From the NCBI GenBank assembly GCA_052327205.1, contig CM126207.1, positions 249,674,001 through 249,738,000 on the forward strand: a stretch of 64,000 bases of DNA, read 5' to 3'. Shown in pieces: positions 23,340 through 35,805 of this stretch (position 1 is its first letter; each line of letters opens with the position of its first letter). Source of the DNA: Somniosus microcephalus (lineage: Eukaryota). The notes below the pieces were generated by a model, which did no database searches, was not told the DNA's origin, and saw only the letters and a list, made by a program, of their open reading frames with translations. Made by a program: the position numbers and the translations under genes.

Positions 23340-25200
23340 TTAAAAGGGTTTTTTTTTTTTACTTCAGCGGTAACAGTTTTTATACACTCTTAATCACAAT
23401 TTGATTTTAATTATTGGGGCACCCTTAATATACCAAAGTATCCTTTAATTTTCTATTAAAATGCCGTGGAATGAAACAGCATCTTTAATTTGTTTGGAAA
23501 GCCTTTCAATAAACTATAAATCTGAGAGTAGCGTCCATAAGACATGAGACAAAATCCTAAGATTCGAAAAGGCAAATTCCAAATCCTAAAGGATTGCTAG
23601 AGGGTGACCTGGGTTTAACGGCATTTATTGTGTGGGCAAAAAGAAAATGAGCAAAAATACAAGAGAGAAGCCGCCCTTCCAGAAAACATGCAAAATCGCA
23701 GTAAATAAACAGGTTTATCCTCAATGTACCGAAAATCATTATGGAAGGCAGACTTGTGCCCTCATATTCCATAGAGTATGGGCAGATTTAAAATTATAGT
23801 ATATCTATACCATAATGTCTGCCTCAAGACAATATTTGATAACATAAAGAATCACCTGGACTGTATTTAATTTGTGTTTAAGTCAACTAAAAAAATTACA
23901 AAATCACCCTGGCATCAATGGTAAAATCAAATTGTTTTGCTAAACCATTTAGGAGCGAGTGAAAAATAAGTTTACAAAATACAGATCTCTGTATATTCTA
24001 AATACTTCAGCCCATGGAAACTACATTTCAACAGAATAGCTCTCTCGTCCGGTTACAATTTCCTAGTGAGGAACTCTATTAGTTGTAAGTGCCGGCGACT
24101 GATTTTATGAAATACAAGAGCAAATGCTGCGATCCCGTGTTCCGAGTGGGGAGCTGCACTCAAAAGAAGCGGCCTGTTAGAATCATGGCTACAATTCTGC
24201 CTTTGAGTGTGGCCCTTGCTGGGAGCGCTGATTTTACCCTCCACTGATTATACTTCCCCCAAATGTATACATAGCTTCAAAATGACTGTTGATCGTTTTA
24301 GCAGACAAAAGCTTCTGTTAACCACTTCTTGGCCCTGGCAGACAAACACTGCCCTTTGAGTATGATGCCAACAGTTTCGCAGTCTCTGTCCACTGTTTTA
24401 ACAGAGGTGTTAATCCAGGATGGGTTAATGCCTCCAACAAAATAGCAGGCAGAGGAATGGCATATAAGTGCATTAATGGTTCATCTGCTTAAATTGGCAA
24501 CAGTAGGTTCATATCTTTTGTTTATTCATGTATTTTTGTAGCTGCTGTCATAAGGTCTGAGTCGGCTCAAACATGCAGACCCTTTTATTTAGAACGACGC
24601 TCTGCAAGTAAATAAATTCTCCTGGCAAAAACTTTGAAACTATCATTATGAATTATGAAGTAAGAAAAAGGTTCACACCGACATGTATATTTCTTTGAGT
24701 ACCTGCCTGTTTTTAATATAATTGCAAACTTCCAAACACCAGGCAGAAATAATTTTCACAAACAGAAGAAATCATATGATGCAGAAGAAATAATTCAGGT
24801 GAACTTTGGGTCAATTTTAGACAATTATCTCAAACTGTGATGAATTATTTTTTCTCTTTCAATAAATCTATGAGTAATTGAGGAGCTATTAATTAATAAT
24901 AAAAATCAACCGATACCCTGGAGAGTGGCATTAATTATGAATATAAAAAACTCTGTCATTATTAAAATGAAACATTTCCATTTCAAGGTAGGTGATAAGC
25001 ATTTTTAATGCAAATGATATTTAGCACTTTTTATTCGTGCCATTTTAAAATGAGCATAAAAAATGTTCAGTTAACCATTTCTTGGACAGACAAAAGCTGT
25101 CCTTCAAGTACGATGGCAACAGTTTCAAAGTCTCTTTATTGTTAAAATTAAAACAAACAAGAAGATTGGCCATGTGCATAACAACAGTGGCTGCACCGCA
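23340..25200. promoter_or_regulatory. Putative cluster of conserved non-coding (enhancer-like) elements
   Basis: No recognisable repeats; dense TAAT/TAATCC, TGATTTTATG (Hox/Pbx-like), TGTTT (Fox) and TTTGAA (TCF) motifs; CpGs retained at ~24040-24180. Conservation is inferred, not measured. Confidence 0.4.
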
Positions 25201-26058
25201 AAATCATTATTTGTTTGTAAATTTTTTGGGGACATTTCTGAGAAATGGGATATCTTGCATTCACAAGTTAGGTTGTCTTTATCAAAAACAACTAGCAAAC
25301 CAATATCAGCAAAGGATGGAACTTACCTCAGCCTGGGTGGTGGCAAATGCCAGTTTGCACGATGAGTGCTCATCAGGGACTCTTTGAATCATTTGATAGC
25401 GAAGAGTGGGTTGAATGTCCAATCAGCCTGGCAGGTCGAAGCTAGTCCATTTGACAAGTCCAAATATGCATTCCTGTGATGAATAATGTAAATTTGCTAT
25501 CAGCAAACTTGGCACATTTACTTTATCAGATGGTTGGTTCTTCAGTAATGTGTTACAAATTGCATTTTCATTTTAAAAAGAGTAATATCTATCATACAAC
25601 TAACATTTGATTTTCTTCACATCCCATTCTGTAACATTTGGCAAGGTAGTTCTGTCAACCTTACTTGCACCAGAGAGTAGATACAAAATATAATGACGTA
25701 GAAACCTCAATCAAACATCCTGAGAGGACTGATAATGATGGGAGTGTCATTAAACACATGGCTCTTTGACGTATGCTGTTTCTTGACATCATGAAACACC
25801 CATCAGACAATGGGCATTCAAAAACACTCTTGGGGCATAGAAGATTTTTTAGAAGAAAAATGTTGATTGTTGAGTAAAGGTTCTGATGATGGTTCCTCTT
25901 GTGTGTGACGGTGAGGTTAGAAAATGACAGTTTAGTGGTGCCAGCAGCACGTCTTGCCTGTCTAGTGATTCAATGTTGAACCATCAAGGAAAAGGTTCTC
26001 TGAGATACAGGGAAGATTCACCAAGGCAATCAGAGTAGCAGCTATGATGTAAAACATG

Positions 26059-26755
26059 GGCCTAGAAATTGAGTTGACGCCGCGCCAGGGCTTTAGCGCC
26101 GGAAATTTAGCGCCGGCGCTAATTCCCTTGCGCGCGCCAAAAATTCAGTAGCGCCGCGCCCAGACGGCTGCCGGCGCTACTGGCGGGCGTGAGCGCCTCC
26201 CAATGGGCGCTGAGTGCCGAATTGCGGCGCTAATCCGGCGCTGCGGCACCCGATGCGGTGCGGCAGGCTGGGGAAGTGCAGGCCTCCTCCTTCAGTTAAG
26301 GAGGAGCTGCCTGCACCCGCCCGCTGTCCGTTCAAATATTGAAAAAATGAGCCCGGCACCTCGGACAAGTGCCGGGCTTGCAGGCCAGACGCATCTGTTC
26401 CGCGGGGGGGGGGTGGAGGAGTCCGGGGAGGGAGGTGCGGGCAGGCAGCCGACGGGAAAGCGGCCGGCCACCGCGCGACCTTAATGCGCCGGTGCTAACT
26501 CGGGGAAGACTCGGTTGCCAGAGTCTTAGTTGCGGCTGCCACGGGCGAGGCGGCCGCAACTGAATTTCGGCGCTGGGGCCCGTCGGCATGGCAACCGGGA
26601 CGCTGCGCACACCGATGACGTCATCGGTGCCGGCGCAGCGCTACCGGCTTAACGCCGACGGAAGGGCCCCACTCAATTTCCCAACTGGCCATAACTCCGG
26701 CGCTAGGCCCTCTAGCGCCTCAAATGCGGCGCTAAGGCTACTCAATTTCTAGGCC
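26059..26755. mobile_element. CpG-rich PIF/Harbinger MITE
   Basis: ATG|GGCCTAGAAATTGAG ... CTCAATTTCTAGGCC|ATG: perfect TIR and TSD; closely similar to 57028-57675. Confidence 0.93.
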
Positions 26756-26920
26756 ATGATGTCTACAGTGTTGTAGCCTGGTGAACTAGTGCAACTAAGA
26801 AAAAAATGGGGGTGCATGCTTTGCACTCCCCAATACACTTGTTGGTTTCAAAAGAACTCGAGAGGGGTCAATAGCCAAGAGTTATAGTTTATATGCAAGA
26901 TTGTTTGTACTGCTGTTTGT

Positions 26921-27673
26921 GAAGAGCAATCCAGTAAGTCCCACTGCCCTGCTCTTTCCCCATATCCCTGCAACTTTTTCTCCTTCAAGTATTTATCCAA
27001 TTTCCTTTTGAAGGCTACTATTGAGTCTGTTTCCACCACCTTGTCAGGCAGTGCATTCCAAATCCTAACCACTCATTGCGTAAAATGATTTCCTCATGTC
27101 GCCTCTGATTCTTTTGCCAATCACCTTAAATCTGTGCCCTCTGGTTATCGACCCTTCAGCCATTGGAAACAGTTTCTCTTTATTTACTCTGTCTAAACCT
27201 TTCATGATTTTAAACACCTCTATCAAATCTCCTCTTAGCCTTCTCTGCTCTACGGAGAACAACCCCAGCTTCTCCAGTTTATCCACGTAACTGTAATCTC
27301 TCATCCCTGGAACCATTCTAGTAAATCTCTTCTGTACCCGCTCCAAAGACTTCACATCCTTCCTAAAGTGTGGTGCTCAGACTTGGACACAATACTCCAG
27401 CTGGGGTCAAACTCGGGTTTTGTATCGGTTTAGCATAATATATTAGTTTTTGTACTCTATGCTTCTATTTATAAAGCCCAAGATCCCATATGCTTTATTA
27501 ACTACTTTGTCAACCTGTCCTGCCCCCTTCAAAGATTTATGCACAAGTGCCCCCAGGTCTCTCTCTTTTTGCATCCCCTTTAAAATGGTACCATTTAGCA
27601 TGTATTGTCTCTCCTCATTCTTCCTACCAAAATGTATCACCTCACACTTTCCTGCGTTGAATTTCATCTGCCC
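26921..27673 (-). mobile_element. CR1/HER1 LINE, 5'-truncated
   Basis: MKFNAGKCEVIHFGRKN, LERVQKRFTRMVPGM...LGLFSVEQRRLRGDLIEVFKIMKG, VRIWNALPDKVVE: CR1 ORF2 C-terminus. Confidence 0.95.
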
Positions 27674-28934
27674 GGTTGAGCCTAGATATCTCTGTGCCCA
27701 GTGAAAATTAATTCATCCCAAAAATTGCCCATTACTCAACACTAATTGGTAGTCTTACTCAACAGAACACAAGTATGGCTACTGCAGGAAGTGAAAATGG
27801 TAATACTGGTGCAGTGAGGAATAATCCTCTGAATCTGGCATTAAGGTACATTGTTCCCCTTTAATATGTTGCTTGTCTCTTTAGATTCACTTCAGTTCTA
27901 TGCTGTTGGCTCATGTCAGTTCTGTCTTAGGAGTGCCAAAAACACGACTGCCGCATAAAGAGAAAAAAGTCAGATTGAAAAGTAGAGTAAAAGAAACAAA
28001 CAGAATATAAACATAAGCACGAATTAGTTACATAAACTAAAAACAATGCAGCAGTGAACATAAAACTTGGACTTTCATGGAAGAAATCATGAGAGATGAT
28101 AAAATGTTATTTATATTGAGAAAGAAACAAAAATGGGATTATAAAACTGATACTGTATAATTTTAAAAAATTAGCTTTCATTTTTAAACAACAATCTTGA
28201 ATGTTTTTTGACTTAAAAAGTATTAAATCCTCCTTTTGCCAGTTCTGCTGGCCTTCACAGTCATAACAGATAGACAGATGCAGTGGTTAACCCATCAAAT
28301 CTACCCTCAACTTGTGCTGTGGAGAAAACAGAGTCACACAACCAGTGGCAAAGAACAGACAGCTGCTCCTCTGCCAGTTGGAACAATTCCATAAACGTGG
28401 GTCTGACCGAAAAGCAGGAGCTGCTAGTTCATTTTATTTATTTTACATTAAAGGTGCTTTACCTTTTTAATTAATTGATTTAGAGGTATACGTTTACAGG
28501 TTGGAATCAGTGTATTAACAATTGTGAATCAGTCAGATAAATCCTTAAAATAACACACGTCACTTTGAGAGAGGTTTTATCCTTTTGCTTGTAGTTTTCA
28601 ACATTTATTTTACCGTATAAAATCCTCAATTTTATAAGTACAATTGGTCCCTTATGTTATCCTCAGTTAGGCACAGTGACAGACTGCACCAACATTTTTT
28701 TGGCAGAGTATTGAGTCAGACTTGGTGTTCTCTCTGATATAGATCCTGCCATTCCACCTAGTTTCATATTTCCCGCAATCTCACCACCCTGACAACATTT
28801 TGTGTTCAATGGCTTGTATGGGATGGTGTAGAATTTCAACACAATTTGAAAAAAGAGAAAGTAACAGGGAATATAATTTTATATAGTGGGGAACTAGTTG
28901 TGTGACCAATTTGTGCTTATGTCAAAGAGCCATT

Positions 28935-28990
28935 ACAGGCATGATGGGGCAGACGGCCTCCTTCCGTGCTGTATGTTTCTATTATATTTC
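28935..28990 (+). mobile_element. CR1/HER1 3' tail stub
   Basis: ACAGGCATGATGGGGCAGACGGCCTCCTTCCGTGCTGTATGTTTCTA. Confidence 0.6.
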
Positions 28991-29115
28991 TTAAAAATCA
29001 GCAAGAGGATTCTATTGTATTCTCATTTATAATTGAAATGATTAGAATATATAAATTTATATTTAACTAACTTCTTTAAAAGCATGCACAGTACAATATT
29101 GGCGGTAAATACATT

Positions 29116-30197
29116 GGCCCGTAATTTCTGATAGGAGGCGTGCGGATGCCTCATATCGGGAAACAACCTACGCCCTTACCTGAGGGCTCCCAAGATCCGG
29201 ACTCTTCCACTCCTGGGCCTCTCCTGGTGCGCACGCACAGAGGCCCAGGTATCCCAGGGGCGCAGGCGGTTCGCAAGCATCCCTGGGATCACATGGGTAA
29301 GGCGGGCCAATGGGAGAAGGGAATCCCCCTTCATACTTTTGACAGATAGACCTGTCAAAAGAATGATTGGGGATCACTGAAAAAAGACACTAAAACATTA
29401 AATACATTTTTTTTTAAATCATGTTTTTAAAGTGAGTTAAGATTACATTAAATTAAATATTTTAAACAAAAATTTAATTTTTTGAAAAAAATAATTAAAG
29501 TTTTTTACAGGGCTAAAAATAAACTTACCTTCTTCTAAAGTATTTTAAAATTATAAATGAGTGAAATTAAAAAAAAACTCTTTTTAAACTCTTATGCTGA
29601 TAAAAACAGGCCTTACACCTGCTTTTACCAGGCATACACCTGCCTTTACCAGGGGGGCACGGTGGCATAGTGGTTAGCACTGTTGCCTCACAGCGCCAGG
29701 GACCCAGGTTCAAATCTGGCCTCGGGCGACTGTCTGTGTGGAGTTTGCACATTCTCCCTGTGTCTGCGTGGGTTTCCTCCGGGTGCTCCGGTTTCCTCCC
29801 ACAGTCCAAAGATGTGCAGGTTAGGTTGATTTGGCTATGATAAATTGACCCTTAGTGTTAGGGGATTAAATACGTGGGGTTACGGGGATAGGGTGGGATA
29901 TGTGTCGGTGCAGGCTCGATGGGCCGAAGTGGCCTCTATCTGCACTGTAGATTCTGTGATTCTGTGATAAGATTTCTAAGGGTTTTCAGCGGGCGGAGGG
30001 TCTCCAGAAAGCAGAACTCTCCCACCGCAGAGGCCCTTCTCCAGGGCAGGTGTGCGATCAGTTAAGAGGATTCTTGACAGATCAGAAATGCCGGTTTTCA
30101 GCGCATGCGCTTCGCATGCCTGAAACCGGCATTTCCGATGTCCCTGCGGGTGTGTACACAGCGCGTACACACCTGTAGGCATCGGAAAATACGGGCC
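29116..30197. mobile_element. PIF/Harbinger MITE interrupted by an HE1 SINE
   Basis: GGCCCGTAATTTCTGAT ... ATCGGAAAATACGGGCC TIRs; body homologous to 60366-61599. Confidence 0.85.
29652..29968 (+). mobile_element. HE1-type V-SINE (tRNA-derived, elasmobranch)
   Basis: A box TGGCATAGTGG, B box GGTTCAAATC, V-domain TGTGTGGAGTTTGCACATTCTCCC...GGGTTTCCTCCGGGTGCTCCGGTTTCCTCCCAC, and HER1-like tail ending in (ATTCTGTG)2. Confidence 0.93.
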
Positions 30198-31319
30198 CTT
30201 ATGATCTACAAGTTTTCGTCATATACTTGTGGTTTTCTGTTGAATGTAGTGTAGTTTTACTTATCTTCTGAAGTTACATTGCTGATGCAATGACATCACT
30301 GCAGTAACCTGGGAGAAAAAAAATGTTAGCTTTCACTTGGGAATGAAATGTTGTCATCAGGGAAGACTGCCTGATAGGGAGCTTTCAGCTGTCATCCTGG
30401 CAACCATATGGGAAGCCTTCAGGATTGCATGGGGAAACCGTGTGCAAAAGTACGTGAATCCGATAAAATGGAAGAAACCCTGAACATCAATACAGATAGT
30501 CTTAAGTGTCTGACAGAGAAGCTGTTGTATTGATTTGGGAATCCTGGTATGCCAGGCAGGTGAAGTCTACGTGTGCCAACTGAAAACATCTGGATACTCA
30601 GTGCATTACAATTAGGTTTACCACAAAATAGGGATGGGTAGCAATGGCAATAGAGCATGCCGGCACTTTCACCACTGAATTAGGTCTGGTAGGCCATTAT
30701 TGAGATGCTTAACTATGAAGTGCTGTATTTCTTTTGCTCTTAAATAGAATGGAAAAAGTGAAATGAGATGTCTGAGAACTTGCCACTCCCCTTACTAATT
30801 CTCAGCAGATATGTTTTCTGGAACTGCTGAAGGGACAATTGTTAATTTTGTTTTACCCTTTAATTTGTGGAATGAGCTTAAGCCAGCTGGTTGTGGCATT
30901 GGTTAAGAATTGCATGAACATCAGATGTTTCTTTTGGCTTTGCACAGAATCTTTAGCCTTTTTATATAGTGGTTTACTTGTTCTACATTTACAATATCAG
31001 AAGGTTGGGGACTGAAATGGACCATGGACTGCTTGATTCATGGACAGTTACTTTTTCAAAATATCCATGAAATTGTTTTAAACAGCTGATCATGGTATAA
31101 ACCAAATTTAAAATAGTGGACAGGCAAAAATATGTATACTTACAATAAACCGTATGAATGGCAAATGGAAAGTGGATTTTGGTATGCACAAGCAATATCT
31201 TGATATTATGCATGCAAAACATTGAATGTGCAATTACCCATTTAAAAAATGTTTTTTGTTGTTGTGTTTGGTGCTCCTCAGGATGTGTGAAGTCAGCTTA
31301 AGTCAGTTTTAGCACAGTC

Positions 31320-31778
31320 AGTTGCAGAGAAAAGCTCCCTCTACTCTGCCCAAACAATGTGACCTCAGCACAGCACCCTCGAATACACCAGCACAAATTC
31401 TTCCACTTCTTAACACCAGCATTCCTATGGATCTCTCGGAATGAGATTATCAATTTAGCCTGAGTTTTGTGCTGTGGACAGGTGTCTGCTCAAAGCTGTC
31501 TCGAGATTGTCCAAAATCATTTCTCATACAGCCGTTACAGGAAGCAGATTTGGAGACACTTTCAGGGCCGCTAAATAATAATGAAGAATTGACACTCTGG
31601 CTGATTTTCCCCCATTTACAGCTGAAGGATTCTGAAGTGAATTGTAGTGCTCCTCCGATACTCTGGCTAAGATTAACTAACTCTGCACAAACCAAGCATT
31701 TGTGTTGGGACCTTCCTAGTTGTTATGGCTTGCTCCCACATTGAACAGTGTAATTACCTACTGAGCCATCAGGGGAGT
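31320..31778 (-). mobile_element. Ancient tRNA-derived SINE with an LF-SINE-like 3' region
   Basis: Minus strand begins CTCCCCTGATGGCTCAGTAGG (A box) and ends TGAGGTCACATTGTTTGGGCAGAGTAGAGGGAGCTTTTCTCTG. Confidence 0.6.
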
Positions 31779-34356
31779 CATTCAATAGTTCTTTAACCAG
31801 AATCTAACAAGGGAAGCATCTCACTTACTAGCTTGTGCTCATTAATCCTCCACAAGGTATTAAATTCCCAAATGATTACTTAAAATGCCAGAAGGCAAGC
31901 TGTACTTTATAAGAACCGACAAAGCTGCTATCCCAGGAAAAAATGGTGGCTAAAGAAACTCATGTCAGATCCAAAGCACTAAATTACATTTACAGCTTTA
32001 TCCACCAATATTTGACAAATCTTAATGTCATTAGCAGCAATTAGCTCCTAAACATCTGAGTTTCCTTGTAAGACACCAAAACTAGTCAGTGCTTAGCGAT
32101 ACTTGCCATTGCCAGGATTTTGATATTAAAGAAAGACATTTTTATGTTTCTATCATATTTCTAGATCCATATTCTATTTTCTATAGTTTCCTGCAATTAA
32201 GTGGGCAGTTCGCACTTGTTAGTCATCTAGGTTTTACTTTGGTTTACAGCAATGTCGTTTGCTGATCAAAATGAAGCATTGTGCTTTCCCAACTATGTCT
32301 CAAACCCACCCAGTAGGGTAATAAATAACTAAAACTGCTAAGAAATAGGAACATCTACTCCATGGCAAATATGAGCTGAGTATATAATTGCCTTGGTTAC
32401 CAACTAATGGACTTGTAAATGTACCTCTTTATTAAGCCGTTTCAACCTTATCAGCTGTCAGTTTTACTTTGAGACTCTTTTAATGCACTAACTGATGCAG
32501 TTGCATTGATGTCCTCAATCTCTGCACTTGTTTCAGTGTGCACAGTTAGAGCCAGTCCAACAAGCATAATTGACAGATTCCCCTTCTGGTACAGCAGTCC
32601 CCAAGAGCCAGCTAGTACAACCTCCAACACTTTATTATTGGTCAATTTGGGTTTTCTGCCCACTTAAGTGGCAGAGGTGAGGGTCTCTGTGGCCAGCATA
32701 ATCAATAAGACCAGTCACTTTCATGGTGTTTCTATGCTACTCAGCAGAAGGTAGACATGTGCTGCCAAATGTTCTAAATTACCTTATAACTGTTTCATTA
32801 TATCAGAAAATGCACTGCTTCTTTGCTAATTTTAAAAAAGGCATATAGAACCAACAAGAAATTCCTTAGAGCATTGTGAGTTGAGTCAGATAAATAATAC
32901 TTCTATTTGGAAAATGGCTAGAAATAGCTTTATTTTCATGAAATTAATTCTAGAAATTTCAACTGGGCGCACGTAATTGTACCGGCACTTGTTCCTCAGT
33001 TAAAGGCTGACTATTAAACCTCACAGTTTATGAACTGAAGTTTTCAGCAGAAGAAAGCTACTGAATTTTACTTTATTTTACATAAGGTAATTGTTTTTAC
33101 TATATATAATTTTTAAGTAAAGCTTTTCAGAATACATTTTAGATTGATTCTATGTTAAATCTTCAGGGATACGTTGTCGTATTCAAATATCTTGTTGGAC
33201 GTGAACAATTTTTTAAAACCATATCACATAGGATTTGATCAGAAATTGAAATTTTAAACTTGGGTCTCACTGAATCTGGCTATATCTTGCTGACTGTCTT
33301 TAATTTTTCTTTCCTTCAGTCGGTGTATTCTCCACACATACATAAAACCAACAAGGGAATAAATTCATGATTTATGTTCCATTGGCAAAAATGTACTGTA
33401 ACAAACATGAATCACATACCATTTACTCTGCTTACCTTGTAATAATCTTTATATTTAGATGAAAGTGTTACTTGAGCTATGCCAGTACAGTATAACATTG
33501 CATAATACTAATTAATTAAAACTAACTGAATTCGGTGCGAAGTTGGTGTAGCATGTTTGAACACCAGCACTATAAGTTTACATTGACAATCTCCCACACC
33601 GCTCAGTTCCCAATCACAGCATTGCTGTGTAGATGCTTCACATCAAGTTCAAACCCACAAGGAAGGAGGGAAAATCATCGACAGAGTCATCATTGGGCTG
33701 CTCTTGCACATTTCCTTAAAACTCATTCCGAGCTGCACCAGATGTGCAGGGCAGCTAACTCAGGCATCTAGATTCCAAAGAAGGCAAATATAATTTCAAA
33801 GTGAAGGGACTATTATAAAATAAGGCAAGTCAATAAAGCCAACATGGATGCAACAGTTGACCATACATTTAAAGCAATACCATAACATATAACAGCAGTT
33901 GTAAAGGCAAACTAAATCTTACTACATAAGTAATAACAACTTGCATTTATATAGCGCCTTTAATGTAGCAAAAAGCCCCAAGGCACGTTACAGGAGCGTC
34001 ATCAATCAAAATTTGACACCGAGCCAAAGAAGGAGACATCAGGCCACATGGAGGTAGGACTTAAAGGATGAGCGAGAAGTAGAGGCGGAGAGGTTTAGGG
34101 AGGAAATTCCAGAGCTTAGGGCCTAGGCAGCTGAAAGTATGGCTGACAATGGGGGGAGCGATTAAAATCGGGGATGAGTAAGATGCCAGAATTGGAGGAG
34201 TGCAGAGATCTCAAAGGCTTGTAGGGCTGGAGGAAGTTTCAGAGGTAGGGAGGGGCGAGGCCATGGAGGGATTTGAAGACAAGGATGAGAATTTTAAAAT
34301 TGAGATGTTGCCAGCCCAGGAGCCAGTGTAGCTCAGCAAGCACAGGGGTGATGGGT

Positions 34357-35487
34357 TGTGACGGAAGGAGCCATAAAACCTATTCAGGAAAATACACCAT
34401 TCTATGAAAGAATTCTGGCCTTATTAAAACATGGGTTCGGAAATCTGGAAACCGAACTTCTGGGGAAGCTGTGAAAGCATTCTGGCCATAGAGATAAGAT
34501 AAGTTGTTGACACTGAATAAATAGCCTTATTGAAACAGAAGGTTAAAGGCTCCTGACAGTCTGAACCTTTGGGAACAAGATAATGGTGCACCCTGGTTAA
34601 GGTGTTCTAATTTACACTTCGTAAAGAAGCACAAACATATGCTTTAGTAAAAATGACATCAAATAAAACGCACCTGCTGTTACACCGTTTTTTTATGGTA
34701 AACTTAGAACACCTAGAGATGAGACACGATTCTGTATTGCTACCAGCTGAGGTGACTAAGAATTGCAGAAGTCAGCAGAAAAATGACTAGAGGTAATCAG
34801 CTTACATCAGCAGAAAACCTTAAAGGGAATAACACTGGAAAAGGGTATAAATATTGAACTCTCAAATGGGATAGTAGATTAGCTGTAAAGGGGCAAAGTG
34901 ATTCTCAGGATTCAGAGGCGGCTCTGTAAGTCTACAACTCTTTGTACCTCGGGGATCAAAGGTACTGTATTTGATTTTGTTGGATATCCTGAATAAGACT
35001 AAGAACTGTAAAACTATAGCGAAGTTAAGATTTGAGAGTAAGGATCTCTGATAATAAGATTGTAAAGCTTTCTCTTTTTGGAACTGTTAATGTTGCGATT
35101 GGCTCACCAACTGTAAATTACATGTCGGTTCTTTAATAAATCTATATATTTTTAGAATTGTCTAACATAATACTTCTGTATCAAACTCGCAAACTCAATC
35201 TCTGTACACTCTTTGGTGAGGAGTTGCAGAATTCTGGGGGAGTTTTCCGGACCCTCATAATATCCGGAACATTACAGTCTAGTTAAACTTATTAAAAGTG
35301 CTATCTGGAGGACGGTAACATTTTCAGGTTGTTCCTTTCCTTTAAGGAGAGATAGTCCGGACCTTTAGACCCAATTAAGCGTCTTTAGGATTCGGCTACC
35401 TCAAACTTTAGTTGAAAGTGAACGTCTGAGGAATACGCCTGATCTGGGGTAGTCCTAAAGGGGTTAGGACTAGTGATTATCCCTTCG
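34357..35487 (+). mobile_element. Solo LTR (ERV1/Gypsy-like), ~1.13 kb
   Basis: GGGT|TGTGACGG ... CCCTTCG|GGGT: 4-bp TSD splitting L2 cleanly; TATAAATA at ~34846 and AATAAA at ~35135. The terminal CA reads CG. Confidence 0.75.
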
Positions 35488-35805
35488 GGGTGAACGGGAC
35501 TTGGTGCAAATTAAGATATGGGAGCAGAGTTTTTAATGAGCTTATAGACTGGAAGATGGGAGGCTAGCCAGGAGAGCATTGGAATATTCAAGTCTAGAGG
35601 TAACAAAAGCATGGATGAGGGTTTCAGCAGCAGATGAGCTGAGGCAGGGGCGGAGTCAGGTGATATTACGGAGCTGGAAGTACACGGTCTTGGGGATGGA
35701 GTGGATATGTGGTCGGAAGTTCGGGGTCAAGCATAACACCAAAATTGTGAACACTTTGTCTCAGACAGTTGCCAGGGAGAGGGATGGAAACAATGGCCAG
35801 GGAAT

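Noticed and set aside
29652-29725. tRNA gene
   Set aside because: The A/B boxes belong to the HE1 SINE head and continue into the V-domain and LINE-like tail.
33436-33476. 41-nt minus-strand micro-exon candidate (QVTLSSKYKDYYK, donor AAG|GTAAGC)
   Set aside because: Poor acceptor tract, unrecognised peptide, and phase not compatible with the other minus-strand candidate. Insufficient without RNA data.
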